Below, in pieces: positions 37,193 through 51,242 of a DNA stretch of 64,000 nt (position 1 is the first letter of the stretch; each line of letters begins with the position of its first letter). The stretch spans positions 48,856,001-48,920,000 of the forward strand of contig NC_135809.1 of the NCBI RefSeq assembly GCF_964213995.1, written 5' to 3'. The stretch comes from Mustelus asterias (Eukaryota). The notes below the pieces were generated by a model. That model did not search any database, was not told where the DNA came from, and saw only the letters and a list, made by a program, of their open reading frames with translations. A program made the position numbers and the translations under genes.

Positions 37193-40100
37193 CCAGGAAT
37201 AACTTCCCCAATCCAAACATCTTTAATCATATATTTTCACTGGAATGAAGTCCTACAAGGTCTATTCCAAGGAAGAATCTTCTCCACGTGTTTTGTATAT
37301 TACAACAGTGATTATACTTCAAGAGTGCATCATTAAAGTACTTCATTTATTTTGGTAAAGTGCTTTGGGTCACTCTTGAGGTCATGAAAATTATATAAAT
37401 GCAAGTTATTTTCTTTGTTAAATCTTTTCAAAGTTAATGGATTTAGTAGCATTGCTATCTCAAGTTAGCATGCAGGTGTGTCACCAGTGCTAGGATCACT
37501 GCATAGGAGGAGCCATGAAAGCTCCAAATGACACATCTGACCAGACTAACATGCTTACCACATACACAAGATGTTTTTCTTCTTAAAAACTCTGCTTTTA
37601 GGGATCTTCATAGTCTTTTAGGCAAGCCTCCCATTTGGGTTAAGACACGAGTTTCCTCTTTACTTTGTAAAGGGCAGGGAGATAGCTCTAAAATCAGGAA
37701 TTTGACAGCAATGACTAGAAGATTCCATAACCAAGGATCTGCTTGGATAGGAGTGAAAGCATAACTTCTGGCTTTTCTTTAGCTGAGCTGCCATTCACCC
37801 AGGCCTTCTCAATGGTGAGGATTTCCACTGCAAACCTAATGCCATTTTTTTGGCAAACCCTCAAGACTGCATACCTCATGGCCACAAGTCCAGGAAAAAC
37901 ATGTCAAGGAAAGTCCTTTATCTACACATCATCGTCGTTGGGCCTGCACCTACTGCAGGGGCGGCATGGTGGCACAGTGGTTAGCACTGCTGTGTCACAG
38001 CGCCAAGGACCCAGTTTTGATTCTGATCTTGGATAATGTCTGTGGAGTTTGCACATTCTCCCTGTATCTGCATGGGTTTCCTCTCACAGTCCCAAGATGT
38101 ATAGATTAGGGGGATTTGTGGGGTAATATGTGAGGTTACGGGGATAGGGTGTGGGTAAGATGCTCTGTCGAAGAGTCAGTGCAGACTCAATGGGCCAGAT
38201 TGCCTCCTTCTGCACTGTAGGGTTTGTATGCAGACATACCCCCAGCTCTGTCTCCAGATAAGCTCAAGAAATGATGTGGCAAGACAACGGGGGTCAGAGA
38301 ATCCTTGTTATTGGAATCTTCAACCTTACTCATAAAAGGGAAAGACATTCCCCAGGGAATAAAGTTAGGAAGCTTAATTATTGTTTAACAGCTGCAATAT
38401 AGTTTGGGTTTTAGACATCCCAATGTTTGTCTTCACATAACCCTGATGCCGCACAGCATTTAGCTATCACATTCATAAAATGATACAACACAAAAGGAAC
38501 GCATTTGGCCCATCATACTTCTACCAGATCTTTCAGAAAGATATCCAATTCGACCATTCCACTATCCTTTCCCCATAGGCCTTCAAATTATTCTCCTTTG
38601 CATATATATGCAATTCCCTTTTGAAAGCTATTGTTGAATCAGCTTCCACCACCTTTTCAAGCAGTACATTCCAGATCATAACTCATTGCATTAAAAAATC
38701 CACAAATTGTCTTCAGTTCTTTTGTCAATAACTTTAAATCAGTGTCCTCTGGTTACTGACTCGCTACATCAAAACCGTTTTCGATTTTAAACACCTATGT
38801 TAAATCTTCCCTGCTCTAAAGGAGAACAATCACAGCTTCTCTAGTCTCCCCATCCTGCATCCTGGTGCTGTTCCAGTAAATTTCTTCTATATCTTCTCTC
38901 TAGTTTTGACATCCTTCCGAAGAAGTGCGGTATCTAGAATTGGATATAATACTTGAACTGGAGTCTAACCAATTATTTATAAAGATGAAAATGAAAAAAT
39001 AATTTGCCTAAGTTTCTTAATTATTCTACTCCATGGTTATATTTATAAAGCTAAAGATTCCATATGTTTTTTGACAATCTTCTTACCTTGTCCTGCCATC
39101 TAAGATTCGTGAATTTATGCCCCAGGTATGCATTCCTGCACTACCTTTGAAATTGTGTCATTTAGTTCATATTGCCTCGCCTCATTCTTCTTACCAAAAT
39201 GAATCACTTCACAGTTCCCCATGTTAAATTTCATCTACCATGTGTCTCTTCATTTCAACAATTTATCTATGGCATCCTGAAGTATGTTACTACTCTCCTC
39301 ACTACATTTCTGAGATCCTTGGCATCAGCAAACTTTGAAATTATGCCCTGTACACCCAAGTCCTGGATATCAATAAATAGCTAAAATAGTCATTATCCCA
39401 ATAATAACTCCTCAGGGATTCCTCTGTTTACATCCCTTCAGTGTGAAAAACACCTCATCACCGCTAGTCTGTTTTCCGTCTCTTAATCAATTTGCTATGC
39501 ATATTGTCTCTACCCATGAATCTCAGACTTTAGCTTTGCTAATATTACAATGAAAGAAAGTATTAGAGAAATTAGTTAAACTAGAGGAGGACATGGTGGC
39601 AGAACCTGATTGGATACATCTGAAATCCTTGAAAGCGAGGGGGATGAAACATAGAAGGCCCTAGAGGTTTGATTTCAGAGTGGATGTACACTCAATTATT
39701 TGAGAGTGACAAACATTTTACTGATTTGCAAAAGGGAGACAGAGCTAATCTAGATAATATATGAGCTGTTTGCTTTAACGTCAATGGATACTAATTTTCA
39801 AATCTGTAATTAAATATCAAAATGGATGAAGTATATAGCCTGTCATTATTTTTAACACAGTGAGACTATGCTGCTGTCCTGTTTTATTGGCTTGTGTCCT
39901 TCCCAACCATCTTGACCCCAACATTTGATTACCCCATTGGATCCTAACGATGGTCCCACCTCCAACATAGTTCTAATCCCCTCCAAATCACTCAGACCTG
40001 ACCTCAGCCAAGGCCATTTTATTTTTCTTAAAGTGCTAAAGTCAGCTTATATTAATATTTTCACTGAATGTTTGTTGCCCAGATAGCTGACTTTATGGGA

Positions 40101-40571
40101 TCAGATCAGTGCACTGCTGAACATAAAGCCAACTTATCAACAAGAGATATCTAGCCCGCAATATTGACATCCTTTGTGACTCTGGTGGTTGGGCCTCTTC
40201 CTTGCAGCCACATATTTATTGCAACCTAAGCTCCCTGGCTGCTGACTTAGCTCAAAACCGATGGCACTAAAAGCAGATACTGCACCCTTTGATTTATTGG
40301 CAGCCCAGATGATAGACAGCATAGATCACAAAGCAACAAATGACAGGTTGACTGTTCACTAAGACTGGTCCAGGTGGACCAGTGACTGGTACACAACCCA
40401 GGGCCATGGAAACCAAAATACACCTCGAACCCTAGGTGGTGCAATCCACAGCTCCCTGGATTCCTGAGTGACATAAACCCAGGTCCCAAATTTTCCTGGA
40501 TTCCTGCGTAACACAGCCCTAGACAAAATATATTCCTGGAGCCTTGAGTGTACAACCCCATCCAGGTCATT

Positions 40572-40845
40572 GATATCCCTGGATCTCTGAGTGAGAGAGT
40601 CCCAGATATCCCTGGATCTTTGATTGGGAGAGTCCCAGATATCCCTGGATCTTTGAGTGGGAGAGTCCCAGGTATCCCTGGATCTTTGAGTGAGAGAGTC
40701 CCAGATATCCCTGGATCTTTGAGTGGGAGAGTCCCAGATATCCCTGGATCTTTGAGTAGGAGAGTCCCAGTTATCCCTGGATCTTTGAGTGGGAGAGTCC
40801 CAGATATCCCTGGATCTTTGAGTGGGACAACGCCAGATATCCCTG
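40572..40845. repeat. 33-bp minisatellite, ~8 copies (GATATCCCTGGATCTTTGAGTGGGAGAGTCCCA)
   Basis: Directly visible tandem array. Explains the 11-aa periodic ORFs on both strands. Confidence 0.95.
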
Positions 40846-40899
40846 AGATGAGACAATCCCAAAGCAGCGACCAAACCACAAAGACTGAATGAACTAGCC

Positions 40900-41100
40900 T
40901 GGGGAGGATATTTCCCGCAGTGTTGCTGATCTCGGCCTCCTCTCTGCAGCCGCCGCCGGCCTCGCCTCTCCCGGACCTCAGCTGTTGTCAGTGGAACCAT
41001 GGCAACCGGCACGGCACTAGTGCGCGTGCGCCGAGCAGCTGCGCCTGCGCTCTGCTGACACGTGTCCCATTATGAAGGTGCTGGTCTGAGCGCATGTTTG
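40900..41100 (-). promoter_or_regulatory. Candidate IQUB promoter / first non-coding exon with RFX X-box and NRF1-like sites
   Basis: Local CpG-rich patch. X-box-like GGAACCATGGCAAC at 40993-41006; TGCGCGTGCGC at 41021-41031; TGCGCCTGCGC at 41040-41050; palindromic E-box GACACGTGTC at 41057-41066. Exon donor not securely identified. Confidence 0.62.
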
Positions 41101-44100
41101 CACAGGGGGCAGCCCAGGGGACAATGTCACTGTCCCTCTGCACTCCCAATTTGCCTCATCGAGTCACAGCACTGAGGGTGGCAATGCAGAGCACAATATC
41201 CCTTTGCACTCCCAACTACAACTGACAAGCTACCTCAGAATCACATAGCACACAGGGTGTCTGTGCAAACTCTCCCAAAGAAACAACTTGCCCTTAGTTT
41301 AAAATTTATTTATTAATGTCACAAGTGGGCTTACATTAACACTACAATGAAGTTACTGTGAAAATCCCCTAGCCACCACACTCCAATGTTCAGGTACACT
41401 GAGGGAGAATTTAGCATGGCCAATGCACCTAACCAGCATATCTTTTGGGCTGTGGAAGGAAACTGGGGCACCCAGAGGAAACACACGCAGACACAGAAAG
41501 AATTCCGCACATACAGTGACCCAAGCCAGGGATTGAACCCGGGTCCCTGGCGCGATGAGGCAGCAGTACTAACCACTGTGCCACCATGCTGCCCATCGAG
41601 CCCCTCAACACTGTGCAATTAAGTCTATATTGCCACTCGCTGGTGCATGGTCTACTGAGGGCTGAGAGTTTACAATTTTGAAACACTTCAGTCCCACATT
41701 ACATCCCCTATAACTGCATATTAATGCTCCCATGTCCAGTTGCTCTCAAATTTCTTTGTGAACTAATTCCACCACCCTTTCAAGTCACTTGGCCCTAATA
41801 CTAACAGCTGCATTAAGAAATATCTCACTTCCCCCTCTTAATTCTTTTGCTAATTATTTTAAAACTATAATCTCAGGTTTACCAACCCACTTTTTTTTTC
41901 ATGGGATATGAGCATTGCTGGCAAGCAATGGCGGACTTGCACTTTGTGGGACCCTGCACTCACCTTAATTTCTGCCCCCTGCCCAATGACATTTGCATTT
42001 CAAATGCAAAATAGTTATTGGTCTTACTATAGTCAATGTTCACCCCAGCTGTGAACAAATGATGCCAGAATATTAAAAGAGAATTTAGTACATACCCTCA
42101 ATGAAGGTCCTTTTTAAGTTAATAAGCAACAGTGATCGAACATACCTAATTTCATTAGATAGTAAATGCTAGTGTAAAATGATATTGTGATCCTATACAA
42201 AATGCAGCCTGCAGGCAGCTTTTCAGTACCGTAACATAATCAACAGTAATAATATTCTGAGAGTTTGTCTAATATATCACCAGAGAACACTTGAGCCATA
42301 GGGTGGCCACTCATTTACTTAACTTGCCCTGAAAGTAACGAGATTGGCACAAAAAGCCTCTATCAGGATTATATGCAATTAGCTGGTTCTTTCCTCTGTA
42401 CCACAAACACTAATCCCCAAGAAATACAATGCAGAGAACTGAGGAAAAATAAAATGCTATTCAGTTTCTATCCACTCTTGCATTAAGACACATTTTAGAG
42501 TTACAAGTCAATGCAAACCTAAAATAATCTTTTATCGTTTGCAAATAAAATGGAAAGCCAGGGCGACCTCCTGAAAGATTTCAAACCAGATCATTCTCTA
42601 CTTGCGCCACCAAGCCATGAATCTTGCATCACCGCCACTATCACCCACCCCCCGCCATCTTTGTTTCATCACATTGTTACCCGGGCGACGGCACAGTTGG
42701 CTCAGAGTTTTGCCCTGTATTTTTTTAAAAATTCAATCCAGAGCTTGATGCAGTGCTGGTACACACTTTAGATCACAATCAACTGAACTTTTGCGCACAA
42801 AATATCTCCCAAACATATGCTGAAACTCTTCCCCCACACACACAATCGTCTCAATCTCTCTCCCTCACATACATACTCTTTCATACCCACACAGGCTCCT
42901 CAACAGCTTTCATAGTTACTCGCGTACACACACTTATTCCTCCATTTCCCTCACGCACGCTCACACAACCTCAATCTCTGAACCTCACAAACACACACCT
43001 CAGTCACTCGCACACTTCTCTCAATCTCTATCCCTAACTCAGTTTTTATCGTGAAATCTCTTGGACATTACTCAAACTGTTAAAACACTCCAACAAAGCA
43101 TTGATCCTTAATGAAGTACGCACAGTTAGAAGTCTCACAACACCAGGTTAAAGTCTGACAGGTTTATTTTGAATCACAAGCTTTTGGAGCGCTGCTCCTT
43201 CATTGAAGAATAATCTTTTATTCTCTCCATGTTCGGGTGAGCTTCCTCCAGGTGTTCCGGTTTCCTCCCATAGTCCAATGATGTGCAGGTTAGGTTGATT
43301 GGCTATGGTAAATTGCCCCTTAGTGTCAGGGGGATTAGCAGGGCAAATGTATGGGGTTACAGGGATAGGGCCTGGGTGGAATTATTGTCAGTGCAGGCTG
43401 GATGGGCTGAATGGCCTCCTTTTGCACTGTAGGGATTCTATGAATAATCCTAGCTTCTTCAGTCTCACCAAATACTGACCTCCCTCATCCTCAGCATCAT
43501 CTTGGTAAACCTGCCTTGTACCCTTACCAGAGACTTGACATTCTTCCTGAAATGTGGTGCTCTGTTATACACAATACTCCAGCTGAACCCTTCGGGACTT
43601 GTAAAGGTTTAACAGGACTTCCTTGTTTTTGCATTCAATGCCCCTCTTTACAAAGCTAAGTATCCCATACACTTTCTTACCCACCTCAGCTAGCCCTACC
43701 ACCTTTAAAGTTGTATATGCACCCACAGACTCCTTAGTCCTTGCATTACCTCAAAAAACTATTGAGATATTTTCTACCAGCCCCTTTTCCAAAATATCAT
43801 AAATGCTACCCACCATTGAGCAACACACCTTATAAATGAAAAGCAAAATGCAGCAGATGCTGGAAATAGGAGAAAACAAATTATAAATAAAAACCAGATT
43901 TTTTAGCATACTTTGCAGATAATTGTTTTCTTTACATTTTATCAAAAATTGATGTGGAGAAAATAAAGATTGTAATGTTAAGAGGCACCATAATAAACTG
44001 AAACACATGTAACCCTAAAAATAATTGGGCAGTAGTTTTTGGAAAGACACATGCAATGACAAAATTCCCTTCACCTCTATTCCAGAGCAAAAACTTATTT

Positions 44101-45786
44101 TGTCAGCCTTGTCAAGTTTAGTCAAGAGTTTTGCTAGTTTGAGGTATCAGAACTTTGAGCAAATGTCCATGGCTCTAATTTCAATTGGGGTGCATTTTGA
44201 ACGAATTAAGCTCATACGTTTATAATGCCACAATCTCTATGGGGTTTTCTAAAATGTTTTATAGCCAATGGATTATTTTTGGAAGTACTTAAGTAAAAAT
44301 GACTGCAAATCTGGATATAGTAACAGTCCACAAGAATTCAACCAAGCAAATTCACAGCAGATTGCACTAATGTGATAGAAGTAAAACTCCAGGGAGCACC
44401 GCTTTTATAACCAGTGTGATCAGCCTTCTGCAGTTTCTGTTCAAAATTGCATAATAGGCATCCATCCTAAACTAAGGGTGTTCTAAGATATAGTCAAGGG
44501 CTAGGTCCAGTACAAGATCTTCGAACAGAAAGCCCTTATTGTTCTTTCTTCACAGCATGCCCATGTATATGTTCTGCAGCCTATTTGGGTATGAACAATT
44601 AAAAATGAGCTTGGTTTCCATTTTTCTGCATCCTTTCCACTCTTGAATGATTTGAACTGTGGAATCTTGCACCATTGCTTTTCAGGAAATGATTTATGTA
44701 TGCTAGTCTAGACTTCCCCATAGCCCAATCAGTCTAAGCAGCAAGTAGCGGAATCATACAGATCGAGATGTTTTAATGTTTGCTCCTTCATCTGTAGACA
44801 GTTGGATGGCCTCAAGTAGGCTTGTGGTATGACACCTATAACTGCACTCAAGCCAGAATAGAAGAATGATGCCACATTGCACTTTCTTTGTTTGCAAAAT
44901 GAATAAGAGAGGGGATGGAATTTCCAGAATGACCAGTGTACCCAATTTGCTCCATAGATGCATCAACTGTCAGCGGAAACCATTTAAAACAAGCTAACTC
45001 CTTAATATGCTAATCGGGGCTTAATACCCCAAAGTCAAACTGGGTGCAGAAGGACAAGGCAGGCTTTTTGGTTTTCACTTACCTTCATCTGCAGTTAGAA
45101 AGGGACAGATTCCCATTGTTCCACAGCAATTTTTTTCCCTTCATGTTATCTCCACCACTTTCCCAGGAAATATCTGCAGGACAGTGCAACATCCAAGCTA
45201 AATGATGTTGAGGAGACCCATTACAGTACACGGTTTTGAAAGCCCAGTTGGTGTCTGTAGCTCACTGGTATTATTGAAATACAGTCCAATTTGGAGCAGG
45301 CCATGGAACCCCAACCTTTAGGTCTATATTTCAACACGTCACAAATTTAGGGCTGATTCCCCAAAATAGCCCCCAGCAGCCCTGAGTTTGAGAAAAAAGG
45401 GAAGTCAGAAAAATTCTGAACAGTATTTAGCATTTAAGTGCACCCAGGTACTGTCGAGTGAGAGCAGGATTTGGTTCATGTGCAATGCCCTCCATGGTTA
45501 CCAACAGCAAAAACCCTGCTCACTGTCAACAAAGGAATGACAACTTGGGCAAAATACCAGAGGGGAAAGTGATATCTATATTTATCCAGCTAGAGGTCAA
45601 TGCCTTCCTTCATTAGTTAGGAGAGAGGGCAAGGGGAACAAATTTGCTGAAAGGAAAATGCTGCTTCGTTGTCAAGATGATTATTTTGCAATGTACACAG
45701 GAATAAAAAGGTGCATTTATCATTCACATCAGACATTGTGGCATAGAAAAAAATAAAACTAAGTGAAGAATGGTTCTGAGATTCAT

Positions 45787-45792
45787 TTTAAT
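45787..45792 (-). terminator. Candidate NDUFA5 poly(A) signal ATTAAA
   Basis: ATTAAA ~76 nt after the stop, followed by a U-rich downstream tract. Confidence 0.5.
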
Positions 45793-45867
45793 AACATCAA
45801 TACAGGTTAGAATTGACAGAACAGACAATATGGTTTGCCAAACAAAGCAATGTAATTTACATAAAGT

Positions 45868-45969
45868 TTAAAGTGGCCATTTCCATTGATTGTGAGGGGC
45901 TTCTTCTATTAATGGTTCCCAAGGTTTCCAGTTGACCATTTTATATGCCAGAGAAAGTTCACTCTCAGC
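45868..45969 (-). CDS. NDUFA5: NDUFA5 exon 5 ([33 protein letters not shown])
   Basis: tttcag|GCT...TAA. The five exons sum to 351 nt = 116 aa plus stop, a complex I accessory subunit. Confidence 0.97.
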   Translation of the reverse strand, partial: AESELSLAYKMVNWKPWEPLIEEAPHNQWKWPL

Positions 45970-46379
45970 CTGAAATTGAAATATTAATCAGTGTCCAAAG
46001 ATATTCTAATGTCATTCCAAACACAACATTTTAGTATTTCAATTGAGCTTTGCTTTTCAACTCCTGCCCAAATAATTAAGACTAACTGTTCACAATCACT
46101 ACTTAAAAATGATAAGCCTAGAAAGATTTCAGGGATTATGATTAAATTATTTACTATCACCCTCCAGAAGTATTTACAACATATTTAGCCATTCACAAGT
46201 CAGATCTGATAAGGATACTTCTTATTTGAAGCTTCCCAAACAAAAAATAAATGTTCTGCTCCAGCCTAGCAGCTTTTAAAAGCTACTTCACCAAGATTAA
46301 TAACTCAATCTCAAAAAAGCATCACAATGTTGAATAACATTTAAATTATTTTTTCTTTGATCCTGTAATATCTTGCCAT

Positions 46380-46968
46380 TGTAAGGGGAAAATGGAAGGA
46401 AAGCACACTTTAAAATGGCTGCCTGGCACATAAAGAGTTAACTGGGAAAGGAACCATAAAGCAGACACTGGCTTCCACTTATATAAAGATCACTTCAAAT
46501 CAAACCTAACAGACAAGCCATTTCTAAATCACAGACAGTGACTTGAAGTAAACAAACACCTCAGGAAGCCAAGCCAAGGATCGAGACATCTTTTAGATAA
46601 GGAAAAACCCGAGACAAAGGGAATAGATTAGTCATAGGAAGAGCGGGAAAATATGAATGCAGGGAAACCGATTAGCACCTGAATGAGCCGAAACCAACCA
46701 TTGATAGCCACAGACATAGGAAATGTACCCATTCATAAGAACAATACTATGTTAAATGTCTGTATCTGTTTGTATCTGCCTATAACGATGTGATAATGTT
46801 CAAATCACTGGTCCATCTATTGTGTAAAAAGTATAAAGATAGAGCGTTCCCGACATTTTACTGAGAGAAGGTTTGCTACAGACATGTGCCTTGTCTCCCG
46901 GAGCTCCGTTGAATAAATTGTGTTTTTGAATCTCGAGATCTGACTACTAGTGGATTTTTCCCACAACA
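46380..46968 (+). mobile_element. Solo LTR (ERV1/Gypsy-type) in NDUFA5 intron 4
   Basis: TG...CA termini with imperfect inverted ends, 4-bp TSD CCAT on both sides, TATAAA at 46832 and AATAAA at 46912. Confidence 0.8.
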
Positions 46969-48042
46969 CCATTAATAATGAACCTGTGCAGTATGAAGTT
47001 AAAAAGGGGCACAGTTGGGTAAGTGGTTACAAACTAATATGAGGAAATAAGTATTTTGTATTATCAGCTTCCAACATTTTACTGCAATGGTCGTTTTGGT
47101 TATTCTGAATGGGACAGAATTTGCACGTCACACATATACCACGTATTTCCCTTTAACATGGATTCATGAATAAACCTCAAGTGATGCCATCAGTCAACAA
47201 TTCTGTATCATTGTATATAAAGAGTGTTGAATATTTGACCAGCACTGTCACCTCAATACATTACGGAAATAGTTTTTTAAAAAATTTGATTTGGACATGG
47301 ACTGCTTCAGTTACTATGTTGTTGTGAATGGTGCTGAACATTGTGCCATCATCAGTGAACATTCCCACTCTTGACTTTATGATGGAAGGAAGATGGAGTG
47401 GTAATATGTTCTTTCCGAGAGTTGTTGAGACTCGATTAGCCGAATGGCCTCTTTCTGCACTGTAGGAATTCTATGGATTCTATGTTAAAAATTGTGTGTG
47501 GGCTAGACAGAGTAGATAAGGAGAAACTCCTTGCAAAAGGATCGAGGACGAGAGGGTACAGATTTAAAGTGATTTACAAGAGAAGCATGTGATGAGAGAA
47601 AAACCCTTTTTACACGAGTGGTTTGTATTCGGAATGCGCTGCCTGGAAGTCTGGTGGTGGCAGGTTCAATCAAGGCATTCAAGAGGCCATTGGATGATTG
47701 TAGAAACAATGTGCAAGGATCCGAGGAAAAGGCAGGAGAATGGCACTGAGTCATACTGCTCGTTGGAGAGCCGGTGCTGACGTGATGGGCCAAATGGGTA
47801 GGTTGCAAATGTTACAGAATATGTAGTTATATAATCCAAACAGAACTCTACAAACAAAATCTGGACTAAATAATTGTAGACAATGAACATGAGATGCAGG
47901 ATGACAATGATATTGTAGGATGGAGTCCTCTCCATTTTGAGGGGAAATTCGTAACATGGTAATTCCTTTTGTTGCTAGAATTCTGTATTAAATACATTCC
48001 TTATTTTCATCTAGAGCTTTAAATACTTCAGCAGTGACATAC

Positions 48043-48108
48043 CTGTGAAATGACTTCCTCTATCTGCCCACAGTTGATTTTGTCTTCTAATTTTTGAACA
48101 TCACGCTC
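48043..48108 (-). CDS. NDUFA5: NDUFA5 exon 4 (ERDVQKLEDKINCGQIEEVISQ)
   Basis: ttgcag|GAG...CAG|gtatgt. 66 nt. Confidence 0.97.
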
Positions 48109-49328
48109 CTGCAATATATAACACAGAACACTTGTGTACAGGGCCTCACTTCCCGTAGGTATACCAACAGTGCTGTTAGGAAAGATGTTCCAGGATTTTA
48201 ATCTAGTGATAGTGAGGGAATGGTAATATAGATCCAAGTCAGGATGGTGTGAGACTTGAAGGACAACTTGTAGGTGATAGTGCTCCCATGCATTTGCTGC
48301 CCATGTTCTTGTCGGTGGTAGAGATCACAAGTTTGGAAGGTGTTGTTGAAGGAGGTTTGGCAAATTGCTGCAGTACATCTTATAAATGGTGCCCACTGCT
48401 GCCATTGTCCATCGGAGTTGGTGGGGAATGTTTAATGTGGTGGATGGAGTGTTGGTCAAGGAGCTTGTTTTCTCCTCCAAATTCTTGAATGTTTTTGGAG
48501 CTACACACATTCAGGCAAGAGAAGAGTATTTCATCACACCCCTGACTTATGCACTGTGGTTGGTGGTGGGGTTTGGGAAGTCAGGAGGTGAGTTACCACA
48601 AAATTCCAAGCTTCAGATCTTTTGTAGTCATAGTATTTATATAGCTGGTCCAGCTAAGTTTCTGGTCAATGTCAACCACCAGAATGCTGAAGGTTGGAGA
48701 ATTCAGCAATGGCAATGCCATTCAACATTAAGGGAAAATTGAGAGATTCTCTCTTGTTGCAGATGGTTATTGCCTGGCACTTGTGTGGTGAGAATATGAA
48801 TTGTTACTTAACAGCATAAGGCTGAATGTTGTCTTGGTCTTGCACATGTTTGGCTGCTGGGGAATGAAATAAATCTGAACCTATCACAGAGTGTAAAACA
48901 AGACAAGCTAAGTAAAGAAATTCAGAGTGGCTCAGCAAATCACTTACACATATAAAGTATATTTCCAGTAAAATTAGCATTACTATTATGGAAAAACGTT
49001 CCTTAAATATCTTTAGATATAGTTTTCAGTATCACTTTATTAACCTTGATCTCTACAGTTGTCCAAAAGGTATATGCAATATTCAAATGTTTTCTCCCGT
49101 TAAACATTGAAAAAATGCTTTTCATTTGCTGCACAACATGCATTTTCAACTATTTTAATGCCATAAGCTAAGTGATATATCACATTTTTAAAATCAATTC
49201 TGTAAAACTTAAGATTTAAGGGCAGGATTACAGGTCTTGAAAAATACTCAAATGAAACATAACCAATCCACTTGGCAAACAATACACTATCCATTAAAAA
49301 CATAGTCAGTTAAATCAAACTACCTTAC

Positions 49329-49445
49329 CGATTTTACCAAGTTAAACCGTTCATTGATGGTCTGCTCAGTGTACTTCCTATAGGCTGCATCCTGAGGGAT
49401 GGATTGCAGGACAGTAAGAATTCTGGAGTACAAAATTCTCAATGT
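49329..49445 (-). CDS. NDUFA5: NDUFA5 exon 3 (TLRILYSRILTVLQSIPQDAAYRKYTEQTINERFNLVKS)
   Basis: tactttcag|ACA...TCG|gtaagg. 117 nt. AAYRKYTEQ motif. Confidence 0.97.
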
Positions 49446-49749
49446 CTGAAAGTAAACAACACAAAAAACATTGGAGCATTCACTCTCACGTGACTTATTT
49501 CCCTTTCGGTCTTCCCAAACTTTCACTGGCAAGCATGACAGGCTGCAGGGAAGTTCCTGCCAGTCTCATCAGATAGCTGTTTACATCGTTCACTAGTCTC
49601 CAGTTTTCCCTTTTGCCAAGAAACATTCATCTCCTACCTGCTGCCTCCCAGTTTCTGTACCTGTTTGAAATTAGGGGCTATTCCAGTCATATAATTAAGT
49701 TTAAAACTAGTGGCAGCAATAGATTCTATTTAGGTGTGCAAGTTAAAAG

Positions 49750-50455
49750 TAAGTAAAGCAAAGTTTATTTATTAGTCACAAGTAAAGCTTACATTAACAC
49801 TGCAATGAAGCCACCACAAAATTACCCTAGTTGCCACACTATGGCGCCTGCTCGGGTACACTGAGGGAGAATTCAGCATGGCCAATCCACCCAACTGGCA
49901 CGACTTTCAGACTGTGGGAGGAAACCAGAGCACCTGGAGGAAACACACGCAGACACGGGGAGAACATGCAAACTCCACACAGACAGTGACCCAAGCTGGG
50001 AATCGAAACCGGGTCCCTGGAGCTGTGAGGCAGCAGTGCTAACCACTGTGCGGAAGGGAAAACAATGCGGTATGAGAATAAAATATGAAAAGAGGATGAG
50101 GTTAACTGTTAGGAAGTACTTTTTTCAGCGTTATCCATTACTGGGGCAGCACGGTGGTGGCACAGTGGTTAGCACTGCTGCATTACAGCGCCAGGGACCC
50201 AGGTTCGATTCCTGGCTTGGGTCACTGCCTGTCTGGAGTTTACACATTCTGTCTGTGTCTGCGTAGGATTCCTCCGGGTGCTCTGGTTACTTCCCACAGA
50301 AAGATGTGCTGGTTAGGTGCATTGGCCATGCTAAATTTTCCCTCAGTGTACGCAAACAGGCACCAGAGTGTGGCGACTAGGGAATTTTCACAGTAACTCC
50401 TTTGCAGCGTTAGTGTAAGCCTTCTTGTGACACTAATAAATAAACTTAAAAAAAA
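49750..50455. mobile_element. Two type B SINEs in inverted head-to-head orientation
   Basis: 49750-50052 (-) and 50143-50455 (+), ~90 bp apart, in NDUFA5 intron 2. Confidence 0.88.
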
Positions 50456-51242
50456 ACGGTAAGTATGAACTCACTGCAATCGTTCTAAAAGGAATTGGAA
50501 AGGTTCCTGACAGTTGAGGAGATCCCCAGTTACGGATGATAAATGGAGAGGTAGCTGTAATTTCGCAGTTATTTTGAAATAAATTAGCTTACAGTGTCGT
50601 TAACAGGCGAGTATGAAAAATAGCGTTCACAAATTTACGTCTTACCACATTGACACTGCTGCTCTAACGCATTGTGTCTCTATTGGAGACATTTTCTTTA
50701 AAGTCTTAATGAAGGGGCAGCTGCCTTGAATTAAATCCCAAACATTGCCAGTTGAAACCCCAAAATGAAAGCACTCAAACAATTAATGTAGTAACACCAA
50801 GGAATATATTCCAGATACAACAGAACGTTTTCTTGGTAGGGCAGAGCTCCAACATCCAAGCTACCTTACCGTGGCATGCACTAGCTTTTGAATATCATAT
50901 AAATATCAGTCTTTAACTGGGAAGCACACCACTAATTATTCAACAACAGAATTTGGAAAAAAACGAATCCCAATTTCTCACCAACTGCAAAGTCATCTCA
51001 CTATGTTTATCCCATGGACAATCTCTCAGAAAAATTAAATTACAGAATAAATACTTCTTGAAAGTCTCAATGTTAATTTACTGCAAGTCTAACCGCCTAG
51101 ATTAGTTTTTTCCTCCAGCATTATTCTGACCAGAAAGTCCAGTCATTTTCAGTACATCAGAAAAGGTTGTTTTCTCTCTTTCTCTTTAGTCAACACTAAA
51201 GAAATATACTTTTCAAAAGGGAGCTGATGTTTGAATTCCAAT

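Noticed and set aside
40247-41012. Three long ORFs with 11-aa repeats; superficially CRISPR-like array
   Set aside because: They arise from a 33-bp tandem repeat (multiple of 3) with no unique spacers; not coding and not CRISPR.
45430-45630. Possible ancient LF-SINE-like remnant (also ~15770-15960); old tRNA-SINE-like pieces at ~28815-29215 and ~59500-59780
   Set aside because: Resemblance is from memory only and too degenerate to assign without a repeat-library search.
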